Below are positions 1 through 12,542 of a stretch of DNA of 64,000 nucleotides, one piece after another. The notes under the pieces are model-generated. The model saw only the letters and a program-made list of their open reading frames with translations. It ran no database searches and was not told the DNA's origin. The position numbers and the translations under genes are program-made. Within the stretch, counting starts at the first letter, position 1. Every line of letters begins with the position of its first letter. The DNA is from Octopus vulgaris (taxonomy: Eukaryota), in the NCBI GenBank assembly GCA_951406725.2, contig OX597820.1, forward strand, positions 106,640,001-106,704,000. Reading direction: 5' to 3'.

Positions 1-1430
1 AGCTTGTTGGTGTTGTTCTTTATCCTCTCATTTAACCCACTACCATACGTGCTCACAAGACATAGTGACCATAGAAGTTGATTCAGAAGTATCTCCCAGC
101 TTTTCTTTGTTGACAACCTGAAACTGTATGGGTCACATATCAACCTCATGAAAAACAATTGGACCAAATAACCCAATTTTCTACTGATGTTGGGATGGAA
201 TTTGGTGAGTCCAAATGCGCATTTTTGACAATAAAATGTGGAAAAGTTGTGCCCTGAACAAGATGAGAATGTCAAGTATGATGGGCCCATAAATAAGAAG
301 AGGACCAGGACTGAATACCTCAGGAGAGTAAAGAGAATATGGTCATCAGAACTCTCACAGCAAGCATATTGCTCACAATATCTCTGTAGTAGCTTTTCTT
401 GTGCCTGTGTTTGGTCTTCTGAACTGGTCACCGCAAGAACTCAATGAGATTGATGTTTGAAGTTGAAAGCTGCTCAATCTTGTAAGAAACTTTAATATCA
501 ATGGAGATGTAGACAGACTATACCTCCCATGCAAGGATGGTGGCTGTGGTCTCATATCTGTATTAATGCCATATGAAGCATGTATTGTTACCTGAAACAA
601 CATTTGGAGCAGAGGAAAGAGTCTGGTAACTATCTTGCCCAAGTTTGTGACCATGAAACCAGCAACTTAATTAGGATAGCTAATGCACATGAGGAGAGGT
701 ATGAAATAAAAAACTAATACAGATCTCTTCCCAAAGAGCATTGGTAAAATTTATTTATCAGAAGAACAGAATTATAAAAGGATCAGTTCAGTGAGAAGAT
801 AATACATGGGTACTTGGCATGAAAAACACAAACCATAGAAGGGATTGATCATGACAAAAGCTTAGCATGGAATGCCAAGTTTATGACATGGCACTGTGAA
901 AGTTACCTACAATGCAATTCAAGAACAAGAGATCCTGACCAATACCTACAGCATAAAAACAGAAAACACTGACAGACAACAAATGTGAGCTGTGCAAGAC
1001 CAAAACTGAAGACATTGACCACATTATTGCCGACTGCAAGAGAATGTCTTACAGATATTATCTTCCCATGAGGCATAATGCAGCAGTCAGAACAGTCTGG
1101 AACAGGATAACAAAAAACAAAACACCTGCAGTTGAAATTTACTATATTGAGACTGAGAGGCCAAAATAATATTGGTGGAACTTAAGAATTAAAACAGCTA
1201 CGAAGTCAAAACACAAATTACCAGATATTGTTGTGTGGGATCACAGAGAAAAGACATGCTCTATAGTGGAAATCAGCTGCCTTCAGGACACCAATATGGT
1301 TAAATAAAGAGGACATCTGTGGACAATTAATTAGGAGTTTGCAAATCCGGTACCCAAGATCAACTTTCAGCATCATAACTATTATTATTGGAGCAACAAG
1401 ATATATAGCAACCCATCAGGAGCAAAGTAT
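1..1430 (+). mobile_element. Degraded R4/Dong-like (RLE-type) non-LTR retrotransposon, 3' half
   Basis: Broken frames give GMEFGESKCA (RT), DVDRLYLPCKDGGCGL, a zinc knuckle (C..C..TEDIDHIIADC) and RLE KLPDIVVWDHREKTCSIVEISC; many stops and frameshifts. Confidence 0.8.
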
Positions 1431-2290
1431 AGCTGCTACATAAGGCACACAAGAGATCATGCTGGATATTACCTTGGTAGATTGGGACACCTCTGTGACA
1501 GTATGTAGCTGAGTAAGCCTGCCTTTGAGAAGCTAGCACAACCAGACTGGTCACACAAAACAAACTCTTTTATGCCCTTCTCAGGAATAGGGTTCACATA
1601 GTTTATATAATTACCAGGACATTTTAACTCGGTGTATGCAACCCAGTTCTTTTCATCATTTTCTGTGTCCCTACACTCAGATGGATTGTCATCACATATG
1701 CTAGTTAACACATAGCCTGACAAGTGCTACTATTCTGGATCAGAGTAGACCTGAGAACAGTAGAGACTAGGAGGTGGCTCCACACTCCTCAAAACCCTAG
1801 AACACCTGAACCAGGGCTCCACTACAGGATGCAGTTTAGAGTCATACCCAAGACACCCATCCACACATAACAGAGACTAACCAAGATAAATATTCTTACA
1901 TGTTGTCAAACAAGGGCAAATTATAAGCCCTTCAAGTAACATTACTATTCATTACCTGAATATTTCTCCAATATCTACAGGTACTTTGGAATAAATGAAA
2001 ATGATTTTTGGTGATGGAACATCTAATAGCTTGCCACCAGTAACCATAATATCAGAATAAAGAAAACACGCTCTCAGAACTTTCTGCATGCTATAACTAA
2101 TAGCTCACAAAGAGTTTGCCATATAAACATTTGGGCTACCTGACTATATGCTAGATGAAATCCCAGCTATTAATGTCAAAACCCAAAAATTGTTAATGCA
2201 TATGAAGAATTTCCAGATCAACAGTCATGTAGACCATCTTTGCTTAAAATAAAAACAAGGCAGTAGAGGCTTAATATCAATCCAACCATG

Positions 2291-2505
2291 AAGGTAGCAA
2301 GCTGGCAGAACCATTAGCATACTGGGCAAAATGCTTACTGGCATTTCATCTGTCCTTACATTCTGAATTCAAATTCTGCCACAATCAACTTTGCTTTTCC
2401 TCCTTTCAAGGTTAATAAAATAAGTAACAGTTGAGTACTGGGGTTGGTATAATCTACTTACTCCTCCCCTAAAGTTGCTTGCCTTGTGCCAAAATTTGAA
2501 ACCAA
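2291..2505 (+). mobile_element. tRNA-derived SINE; other copies at ~9495-9645(-), 9651-9855(+), 9870-10070(-), 11728-11930(+), 37089-37305(+), 38522-38737(-)
   Basis: Recurring GCTGGCAGAA..TTAGCA (A-box-like), GTTCAAATTC (B-box-like) and TTGACTTTGCCTTTCATCCTTT body, often ending at (ATT)n. Confidence 0.75.
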
Positions 2506-2869
2506 TATTAATGTAAACAGATTTGAATGCCTTATCAGCAGCATCTAACCACCAAATGTTGAAATCCTACCATGAATCAGCTCTGCATAGATGGAGATTG
2601 GAAAAAAAGCTTCTGAAAAAGTATTTCCTTGCCAATGACCAAGGATAAACAACCAGAGAGGTTGCACAAGTCTACTGCAAAAGGTCATCAAAAGAGAGCC
2701 TACATACATAACAAAAAAGGACTTCAAAGTGACAGCAACATTGATCACCAGAGAGTAGTCTATCCCAGACTAACAATGAGGATATTAATTCTAACTTTCA
2801 AAGAGATGCATTTGCTATAAAGGAACAAGAAATAGCAACAAAATACACCAGCAGCAGCAGCAGCAACAT

Positions 2870-3200
2870 TATTTTAATGGCCACCTTTTCATGCTTGCAT
2901 GGATCAAACAGAATTTGTTGAAGCAGATTTTCTACAGCCAGATGCCCTTCCTATCACCAATCCTCACTTGTTTCAAAGCAAAATAGTATTTCCTTATGGC
3001 CAGCTATGTTTTCCACCAGAGGCTGGACATGAACATCACTTGTATGATTCTGACATTCATTTACAAACATTTTGTGAAGTCAAGAGAAGTGTACACACAC
3101 ATATGAATATACATATAAATGGGCTTCTTTCAGTTTCTATCTACCAAATTCACTCACAAGGCTTTGATTAGCCTGATGCTATAGTTGGAAATGCATAACC
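2870..3200 (-). mobile_element. SINE-like repeat sharing the RTE-type 3' tail; related copies at ~14170-14365(+), ~47030-47240(+)
   Basis: GGAAGGGCATC(C/T)(A/G)GCTGTAGAAAATCTGC...GCATGG/AAAA tail shared with the RTE 3' ends in this window. Confidence 0.55.
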
Positions 3201-4009
3201 AAGTCAATAGGTACTAACCAACCAGCACAAAAATTGGTGGCTCATATTTTGCTAATGGTACTTGTATCTGTGGTCTAATACACTTAATTCTCAATGGCTG
3301 TGACAACAACTCTCAAGTAGGTACTTCAGTGTAGTGTATTTCACTACTTTAACCAATTGTTACTCAGCAAAATAGAAAAGTACTGCATTAGCTCACAATT
3401 AGGATTTTGCTGTACTTATGGTAAAAAAAAAAAAATGCTCCCATCTACTGAAGAAGTAGAGTTTGGTATCTGGTCAGGATCTATCAACCAAAGAACATGT
3501 AGTGAATCTTTCATGCATGAAGTGGATTAAATCCACCACAGCCGAATTTAAATTAACACTGCAACAGAACTTTTCCCACGATGGAACAATGGTTTTTCTC
3601 TGACAGCAGTTTTACATTTTCCAGATGCCTTTAGCTAAGCCAAAATAATGTCTTCACCACTTGACCCTTTCTAACCTCTTCTACTTCACCAAAAGCTAGA
3701 ATAGATAAAAAGACCACCAACTAAATCTATTGTTCTCAATGATATATCTATCCGTCTGGATCTTTATATAAGCAAGCACACCCCAAGCAAAAATCAGTCA
3801 GTCACATCGTGACGACTCAACAAGGTCTGGCTGACTAACCTTGGAGGGTACAGCAGGTGGTGATCATGGGTGGTGTGACAGAGGCTGTTGAGAAGATGGC
3901 TTGTGGGCAAGTTTTGACAAAGGACAGATTACAAGTGTGTATGTGAGGTTGGGCATGGCCATAAAGGACATACCTGTATAGATGGCCACAATTTTATTTA
4001 GTTTAACAA

Positions 4010-4460
4010 ACCATCTCAAGCACAGCAAATTACCAGAAGTCTTGGCCCCTTGGCATCTCTATGAAGCTGACCATACAAGTGCAGTCTTCTCTCCTGCACA
4101 CTATATTTGATGCCTCTTATATCCAATTTTTCTCTTAAATCATTTATACTCTGCTCTACCCATGCAGCAGAGTGTAGTGGTTTAATTTCTTTTGAGACTT
4201 TGCATGTCCTCTGCAGTCACAGTCCCAGTTTCACTGTCATGTAACATAAGCTGTTTGTAAACAGACATCATACAAACTACCTTTCACTCTGAGGGAAAGG
4301 CCCTTTGTTACCAACGTAGCTCTCTGAACTTTGTCCAACCCATTCTTATTCTAGCAACTATGATTTCAGAGCATCCTCTTCCACTGCTAACTTGGTTGCC
4401 TAAGTAACTGAGACAATCTACCAGTTCTAAGGATCTCTCTCTCTGAACATTTGAGGAAGT
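4010..4460 (-). mobile_element. RTE LINE 3' fragment, degraded
   Basis: Reverse strand encodes LELVDCLSYLGNQVSSG and following RTE C-terminal motifs, as in other copies. Confidence 0.65.
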
Positions 4461-4473
4461 CTGTCTCCTGTAC

Positions 4474-5330
4474 AGAAGTAGTAGATATTTTCCATTACTT
4501 AGGTGACCATGTTAGTAGTGGTGGAGGTTCTTCTAAACGCATAGCTGATAGAATAAGATTAGGCTGGCCAAAGATCAGAGAGCCACTACCTCTGTTAGTA
4601 ATGAAAGGTAGATTGTATGATACCTGTGTATAAACAGCTATTCTACATGGCAGCGAGATATGGGCTGTGACTACTGAGGATATGTGAAGGCTTGAAAGAA
4701 ATGAAGCCAATGCATTCCACTGGATGGGTAATGTCAATGTGCATATATGACAAAGTGTAAGTGACTCGAGAGCAAAACTGAGTATATGAGGCATCAAATG
4801 TAATGCACAAGAGAGAAGACTGCACTGTAATGCATATGAATGAAGACAATTGTATGAAGAGGTGCTGAGCTCTAATTGTGGAGGGAACATGTGGAAGGGG
4901 TAGATGTGGACAAAGTGGTGAGAAACGATCTTCAGATGTTGGGACTCACAGAGGGGATGACAGGAGACTGAGACTCCTGGTAGTTTGCTGTGCTTGAGAA
5001 GACACGTCAAGCTAAGTAAAAGCATAGTTGTCTTTGCATACAGGCATGTCCCCTGCATCTTTCTCTAGCTAAGTATTTCTGATCTTACAGATGCTGGTGC
5101 CATGTAAAAAGCACCTGTACAGGTGCCATGTAAACACACCCATGCTGGTGCTGAGCAAAAGTGCCCCATACTCTCTGTAAAGTGGTTGGTGTTAGGAAGG
5201 GCATCCAGCCATAGAAACCATGCTGAAACATCCATGGAGCCTGGACAGCTCTTCAGCTGGCCAGTAACTGCCAAACTGTCCAACCCATGCCAGCATGGAA
5301 AACAGATGTTAAATGATGATGATGATTCAT
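4474..5330 (+). mobile_element. RTE LINE 3' fragment with 3' UTR and (GAT)n tail
   Basis: EVVDIFHYLGD..RIRLGW..GRLYDTCV, followed by the shared 3' UTR ending AACCCATGCCAGCATGGAAAACAGATGTTAAATGATGATG. Confidence 0.8.
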
Positions 5331-5352
5331 GTATTTGTGTGTGAGTGTGTGT

Positions 5353-5392
<40 letters not shown>

Positions 5393-5599
5393 ATATATCA
5401 TTGTCAACATTGTCATCTTCATCATTAGTGTTTGCATTATTCTGCCAAAATTAATGCTTTTTAATCCACATTGTTTTGAACTAATCAAGAAAATTGTCAT
5501 GCTCAGAGGCCTGTGCAAAGTAGAAGAAAGTATATGGAGAGGAGAGTATGAGTTGATATTAAGTATGAGAGACGTTTTTGATGAAATCTAGCTCCATTG

Positions 5600-6894
5600 C
5601 TTTTCAGTATTGCTGATCATCCCATGCACATTTGTAAAAGGGAAAAATTTTGAATTTTCCATCTCAGCATATTTCCAGATGCTTACTTAATGGAATCTTG
5701 CAGAATTCTTCTTGTGAGATTCTTGCATGTTGGCAGAGGGCATTATTTGTTTCACCAATGTAATTTTCTTTACAGTTTGGGCAGGTAATGCAGTATCTGA
5801 GGTTTTGCATTTTGCAGTTCATATCTGCATTTATTTTGAGAAGGAATCCACTCTTGAATTTTACATGGGAACCACTTTCCAAGTATTTGAAGTTGTTGAT
5901 GTTGTTGCATGTTCCACATCTCCTATCTCCACATTCTTTCACGAAGAATTCTGATTCATTCTCTGATTTGAATTTTGTCCTTGTAAGGTGTTTTTTAAAG
6001 ATTTTTTGGTTAGTGTCTGCTATTCCGTAAGGTGTTTTTTTTCAATTAGATTTTTTCATTTTGGGACTTTGTAGGAGTATAGATAAATTTGATTTTATGG
6101 CGTTTGGGTTAACAAATGGAATCCTGTCTTCATTAACTTTTTCCTTAGGTGTCCATAGTTTGGTGATGTTTAGTTTCATTGCCTTTTTAATTCCCTCATT
6201 AATTAATCCTAAGGGGTATTTCTGCATTGTCAGGAAGCCTTTGAGTTTGTTGAGTTGGATTTCACATATTTTGGGGTCAGTCACTATAACACAGATGCAT
6301 CTTGCCATGCTGTATGGATGCTTCATTTGATGTGTGATGGATGGCAAGAGTAGAAATTTAAATATTGGTGTGTGTCAGTTTTTTTATAAAATATGTCTTG
6401 TGACTGCCAAGTTCTGTATTTTTATGTGGATTTGCAGAAATGGTAATTCATTGCAACTGGATTCTGTCGTGAATTTGATGGATGGGTGAAGTGTGTCCAG
6501 TATATAGTTAAATATACTTAGATCTTCGTTCGATCTGTCTCAGAAAAGGAAGCAATCATCAAGGAAGTGTTTCCACTTTGTGATGATATATTTCTTGTAC
6601 TCCTGATCAAAAGTTTTTTCTACTTCCTCATGAAGTTTTTCTTCCAAGTATCCCATAACTAAGTTTGCATATGAGGGCACAAACCGCGTACCCATAGCCC
6701 TGCCCTTTAGCTGTCGATGTTTATTGTTGAATCTGAAGGCATTTTCTTCTAGTACTAGGCGTATCGCCTTGGTGATGAAGTCAGTCTTGAAGCGTTCATT
6801 TATCTGTTTTCTATGTTTCTCTACCCAGTGTTTGATTGCTTCTAGGCCTAAATTGTGAGGTATATTAGTTAAGAGATTGGTGACATGAAAACTT

Positions 6895-6895
<1 letters not shown>
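5600..6895 (-). mobile_element. Penelope-like element (RT + GIY-YIG endonuclease), 5'-truncated and disrupted
   Basis: NLLTNIPH, QLKGRAMGTRFVPSYANL and HFLDDCF (PLE RT); thumb PYSMARCICVIVTD; CGDRRCGTC and YCITCPNCKENYIGET (GIY-YIG). Confidence 0.85.
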
Positions 6896-6925
<30 letters not shown>

Positions 6926-7004
6926 CATGCACATATATATATATATACATACATATATATATATATTTATAAATGTATATATATATATATACACATATAT
7001 ATAA

Positions 7005-7858
7005 ATCATCATCATCATCATCATCATCATTTAGCGTCCGCTTTCCAAGCTGGAAGGCTTCGTCAGGCCCAGTCAGATCTGGCAGTGTTTCTACGGCTGG
7101 CTGCCCTTCCTAACGCCAACCACTCCGCGAGTGTAGTGGGTGTTTTTTATGTGCCACCTGCACAGGTGCCAGACAGAGCTGGCAAACGGCCACAAACGGA
7201 TGGTGCTTTTACGTGTCACCGGCACGGGGCCAGGCGATGCTGGCAACGGACATGAACGGATGGTGCTTTTACGTGCCACCGACACGGGGCCAGACAGAGC
7301 TGGCAAACGGCCACGAACGGACGGTGCTTTTACGTGTCACCGGCACGGGGGCCAGCCGAGGCTGGCAACGAACACGAACGGATGGTGCTTTTACGTGCCA
7401 CCGACACGGGGCCAGACAGAGCTGGCAAACGGCCACGAACGGACAGTGCTTTTACGTGTCACCGGCACGGGGGCCAGCCGAGGCTGGCAACGGACACAAA
7501 CGGATGGTGCTTTTACGTGCCACCGACATGGGGGCCAGACAGAGCTGGCAAACGGCCACGAGCGAATGGTGCTTTTACGTATCACCGACACGGGTGCCAG
7601 ACGAGGCTGGCAGCGGACACGAATGGATGGGTCACTTAACCCCTGCTTTCTGATATATGATTTGATTTTGATTGTTCTCACTGGTCTTGCCAGGTCTTCT
7701 GACGCACAGCATACTTCCATAGGTCTCGGTCTCTGGTCATTTCCTTGGTGAGACCTAGAGTTCGAAGGTTGTGCTTCACCACCTCGACCCAGGTTTTCCT
7801 GGGTCTACCTCTTCCACAGGTCCCCTCAACTGCCAGGGTGTGGCACTTTTTCACACAC
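7005..7858 (-). mobile_element. RTE LINE 3' end with expanded tandem array in 3' UTR
   Basis: KKCHTLAVEGTCGRGRPRKTW..DRDLWKYAV C-terminus; (GAT)n tail at ~7005-7030. Confidence 0.85.
7138..7630. repeat. Minisatellite, ~8 x 61 bp, alternating A/B units (~121-bp higher-order period)
   Basis: GGTGCTTTTACGTG recurs every ~61 bp; unit ends alternate ..CAGACAGAGCTGGCAAACGGCCAC and ..GCCGAGGCTGGCAACG(G/A)ACAC. Confidence 0.9.
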
Positions 7859-7896
7859 ATATATATACTCAAAATAAGCAACAAGAATGACTCCAG

Positions 7897-7989
7897 TAAT
7901 TTGGTACGATTGTTTCGTACTACATCATTTTATTAAATGTTGTAAGTATTACAACAGTTTTAAAATGCTGAGCACTCATCAGCCAATTA
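7897..7989 (-). ncRNA. Second, inverted copy of the type I hammerhead ribozyme
   Basis: Reverse complement of the 8198-8290 motif; stem III carries one change (GAAACAATCGTA). Confidence 0.7.
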
Positions 7990-8197
7990 TAGAGGTTTTC
8001 CATTAATACAAAAATTTTCATATCAAGTGGCAACATTATAGAGAAGGTAGATACATAGACAAAGATGTGGATTTAAATTTTAAGAACATTTGAGGTAGTG
8101 TTCTTAAAATTTAAATCCACATCTTTGTCTATGTATCTACCTTCTCTATAATGTTGCCACTTGATATGAAAATTTTTGTATTAATGGAAAACCTCTA

Positions 8198-8290
8198 TAA
8201 TTGGCTGATGAGTGCTCAGCATTTTAAAACTGTTGTAATACTTACAACGTTTAATAAAATGATGTAGTACGAAACGATCGTACCAAATTA
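8198..8290 (+). ncRNA. Type I hammerhead ribozyme (Penelope/retrozyme type)
   Basis: Stem I TAATTGG/CCAAATTA; CTGATGA 8205-8211; stem II GTGC../..GTAC; GAAA 8271-8274; palindromic stem III ACGATCGT; GUA cleavage triplet 8280-8282. Confidence 0.8.
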
Positions 8291-8448
8291 CCGGAGTCAT
8301 TCTTGTTGCTTATTTTGATTATAATCACCCCTCGGATTTTTATGGATGACACCATACAAAATTCTGGTGCATCTAAATTAAGTACCATATTCATTTGAAT
8401 CTAAATTTTTGCTGAACTTATATATATATATACCTGCATATAAATATA

Positions 8449-8930
8449 CATCATCATCATCATGATCATCGTTTAATGTCCGCTTTCCATGCTAGCATGG
8501 GTTGGACGATTTTGACTGAGGGCTGGCAAACCAGATGGTTGCACCAGTCTCCAATCTTGATCTGGCAGAGTTTCTACAGCTGAATGCCCTTCCTAATGCC
8601 AACCACTCCAAGAGTGTAGTGGGTACTTTTTACGTGCCACCGGCATGGGGCCAGTCAGGTGGTACTGGCAATGACCTCGCTCGAATCCTTTTACACATGC
8701 CACCAGCACAGGTGCCAGTAAGGCGACTTTGGTAATGATCATGCTCAAATGGTGCCCTTTTACGTGCCACTGGCACGGAAGCCTGTTAGCCACTCTGTCA
8801 ATGATCATGCTCGTATGGTGCTCTTTGCACTCTGCCAGCACGGACGCCAGTCATTGAATTTGATTTTGATTTTGATTTTGCTTGCCTCAACAGGTCTTCG
8901 CAAGCAGAGTTTTAGTGACCAAGGAAAATT
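8449..8930 (-). mobile_element. RTE LINE 3' UTR fragment
   Basis: (CAT)n followed by GTCCGCTTTCCATGCTAGCATGGGTTGGACG and repeat units like those at 55246-55800. Confidence 0.75.
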
Positions 8931-8977
8931 TGACTTTCCTTGCTAATCTTAGCTATGTCGTTTTCAATTTCCTTTAA

Positions 8978-9170
8978 TCATGATTCACAGTAACTGAGTT
9001 TCACATAATGATGTACAAAGGCATTTGCATATTTCCAGTAATCCCCTATATCAGTACAAATCTGTTTTATCCTCAAAAATTGGGATTTCAGATTTGACTG
9101 AATAATATGATGTGGATGATTGGAGCCATGGTGGAGGTAAATGTAGGATGACATGGCTTGCAAAATAACT
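8978..9170 (-). mobile_element. Penelope-like RT thumb fragment
   Basis: YLHHGSNHPHHIIQSNLKSQFLRIKQICTD matches the PLE 'YL...S.HP......IP.SQFLR.RRIC' motif. Confidence 0.7.
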
Positions 9171-10073
9171 CTAACTTTTCTGCCTCCTGAAAACCTAACT
9201 TTTCTTTTTTCTGTTTTTTTTCCTTTTTCTTTTGTCACTTGTAAAATTGAAAATTGCTGATTGATGATGTCACTCCATCAAAGTGGGAATGCAGGATGTC
9301 CTTGTTCAACGTTTTGAATTTGAATTTCTATAATTTTTAATTTCTATGTATCACTTTTCATTTTGAATTCAATAAAGCAGGCAAGCTGTTAAACCAATAA
9401 AATATCTATTGCAATCATATCATGTTCTTTGTATTGTCTAATAACAACAACAACAACAATAATAATAATAATAATTTCTGATCTGGGCAGCAGTTCCATT
9501 TCATGACTGGTACTTATTTTATCAACCCTGGAGTAATGAAAGGTAAGGTTAACCTCTCTGAGATTTGAAATCTGAATGTAAAGAACCAGAAGAAATACTG
9601 CTATGCATTTTTACCCAACATGCTAATGATTTTGCCAGCTCACTTTTGTCACCTGGCAGAATCATTAGCACCCCAGACAAAATGCTTAGCAACATTTCTT
9701 CCATCTTTACATTCTGAGTTCAAATTCTGCCAAGGTTGACTTTGGCTTTCATCCTTTGGGAGATCAATGAAATACATACCAGTTGAACACTAAGGTTGAT
9801 GCAATTCACTTAACTCTCCCTACAAATTTATGGCCTTGTGCCTATAGCAGAAATTATTATTGTCTTTCAATCTTGGCACAAGGCCAGCAAATTGTAGGGG
9901 TAGGGTCTAATCGATTGTACTGACCCCAGTACTTACTAGAACATTATTTTATTGACCCTGGAAAACTGAAAGGCAAAGTTGACCTCAGTAGAATTTGAAC
10001 TTGGAATGTGAAAAGCCAGAAGAAATGTTATTAAGCATTTTGCTATGCTAAAAATTATGTTGCCTTTATTATT

Positions 10074-10120
<47 letters not shown>

Positions 10121-10121
<1 letters not shown>

Positions 10122-11672
10122 GACCTGATTGGTGAAACACTACAAGAATATGAAGCGGAGACAGGAGCAAAAATTAACATGGAAAAGTCAGTGGGTTTGC
10201 AACTCGGCACCTGGAGAGGCAAGTCCATGCTGTCAAACAGTGTGGTGGGGTGCTGGACAGACGGTCCTGTAAAGTTATTTGGAGTCTGGTTTGGTCCGGA
10301 CTTCCAGGTGGAGGAAAACTAGGATGAGGTGATGAGCAGGGTAGCCAATCTCACCCAGAAATGGGCCGAGAGGAAGCTATTCCTGAAAGGTTGAGCAGAG
10401 GTGGTGAATGTGTACATCGCAGCCATCATCTACTACCGCTTGACTGTCATTCCTTGCCCTGTTTGCTGGTTGATCAAGCTGGTGCACTTACTCTTCTGCT
10501 TTCTGTGGATGGGGTGTGTTCCACTGGTCAGGTGCTCAATTCTGCTGTCAACAGCCACTGAATGGAGGGCTGGGCATGCCATGGTTACTGATGCACAGAT
10601 CTGCACTGAGGTTGCAGCATCTCCAGCATTTCCTTCACAGTGAACAGGTCTGGTCACTGTTGTAAGAGACACTTTTCCATGGCTCGTCTCTTTGACTGAG
10701 CTGCAATCCTGGATTAGGTGTAAACTGAAGAGGGGTGCTTGGCATCATGAGTGCCGTAAAGCACACACAGCCCTCTGCCAAGTGGGCAATACAGTCAGTG
10801 GTAGTTCCACTCTAGCATTCTATAGAGGGCTAGTGGAGGGAAAGTGCTACAACATTCCCGGGTAAACTCTGGGCATTGATGAAGATCAAGTAACCGGTCT
10901 GTTTTAGAGAACTTTTGAGCCTGGGCCTATGGATAACTTCCAGAAATCCCTTGCCTGGCAGGGCTACTAAGAAGCACTCCCAGTTTGGGATAGAGTTTAC
11001 AAACAGGAAAGTGCCATCAGCCGGGCCTACCCAAGGTGTGCCCAGAACAATGAAACTGTTCTGCACACCCTACCTCAGCAGTGCTGACTTGTGGGTTTAT
11101 GTCAAACACCTGCTGTCATGTGTAGGATGAATCCAGCTATCAGCTGAATCCATTGTGAGAATTGCCCTGCTGCCCTCTTTTAGCTGGGAGGGGCAGGCAA
11201 TTTTTATTTGTCTAGTGGCTGTAGTGAAAGAAGTAGTATTGTGGGCCTGAAAGGGCTAAAGACAGACACTTTCCTCTTTGGTCAAGCCCTCATCAACTTT
11301 TTCAAGTTTCACTTGAAAAGGAAGTTGAAGGTGGAGAGGGAAGTGTTGCCTTGTAGCAAGTTTGTTGAAAGGTAGGTGAATGTTGGAAGAATGGCCAGTG
11401 TGAAAGGACCAATTCTGAGCATACACCTCTAAAAAGGGAATCAAAGGAGAGGGGCTCTTGCCTTGTTGTTCAGGCACCTGTGGCTTTTGTGGGTTTTTCC
11501 ACAAGGACCTTAAAGCGCCTCCCCTATAAGGAGTTTTAATTTGTTCAATTTTTATTGAACAAATTTTCTATATACACAGACAATCCCATTGTACCATCCT
11601 GTTTTTGTCTTATATGTTGTTGTATGTCAATTAATGTTTTGTATGTGAGCCCTTGTGGCTAATGAAAGAATA
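10121..11672 (+). mobile_element. Tx1/L1-like LINE, 3' portion
   Basis: GAKINMEKSVGLQLGTWRGK and WTDGPVKLFGVWFGPD, similar to 46060-46300; 3' end CTTGTGGCTAAT abuts (ATT)n. Confidence 0.75.
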
Positions 11673-11673
11673 G

Positions 11674-11723
<50 letters not shown>

Positions 11724-11957
11724 TATTAAGGTGGCAAGTTGGCAGAATTGTTAGTGCATTGGATAAAATACTTAGCGGTATTTCGCCTGTCACTACAAAT
11801 TCCGCCAAGGTTGACTTTGCCTTTCATCCTTTCAGGGTCAATAAAATTAGTACTAGTTATACACTGGGTCAATGTAATCGACTAGCCCCCTACTCACAAA
11901 ATTTCAGGCCTTGTGCCGATAGAAGAAAGGATTATTATTATTATTATTATTATTATT

Positions 11958-12510
11958 GAGTGAGAGAGCAGTGCATGCCATCAAAGTGACACTGGGGTAA
12001 AATATACGAAGCCCAGTATACCCATCATGACTACCTGTCTGATAAGGGTACACTAGGCACATGCATCACAACCATATGTGCGTGATATGGTGATCTAATA
12101 TCAAGATAAACAGCACATGACCTTGCAGGTGGGGCCCAGTTAGAATTTTCTTCTGGTCGAGTGACCCATCCTGCTCAAAAGGTCCCTGAATAAGGGTTGT
12201 TTAAGGATGTTGAACGAAACACCCATGTTTCCAGAGGTGAATTATCCAAACCCCAAAGAATCCCTCTCAACACATGGCTATGATGCTCCCCCACTGCTTC
12301 TACTTGAGATCAGAGATGCACATATTGTCAGCCACTAAGGGACATGCTCAACTGGTTAAGGTCAAGCAACTGACAGGCAAATCTGTGGTATTGAGCAGAA
12401 TATTTGCTGTAGCCCATCTTTTATACCAAGACCAAACAATATACATGATAATACTTCCAATCAGTTAAGATCAGAAGCTGTGAGAGCCACTGCCTGGTAC
12501 TGTATCGGGG
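11958..12510. repeat. Unclassified ~550-bp block between (TTA)n arrays, probably an interspersed repeat
   Basis: Distinct-composition block sharply bounded by (TTA)n on both sides; no informative ORF. Confidence 0.4.
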
Positions 12511-12542
12511 TATTTATTATTATTGTTATTATTATTATCATT

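Larger units (their letters stand above)
7869..8318. repeat. Long inverted repeat: 220-bp arms (7869-8088 and 8099-8318), 10-nt spacer
   Basis: The arms are reverse complements; I saw 3 mismatches, all CpG-type transitions. Confidence 0.95.

Noticed and set aside
1473-1716. Cys-rich minus-strand frame with AG/GT borders as a host exon
   Set aside because: The acceptor is weak, and FVLCDQSGCASFSKAGLLSY resembles a decayed C-terminal zinc finger of RTE LINEs; more likely TE debris, though not fully excluded.
7138-7630. CRISPR-like array or repeat protein gene (ORFs of 203, 146 and 101 aa)
   Set aside because: No unique spacers and no cas genes; the ORFs arise from a stop-poor tandem repeat in a LINE UTR.
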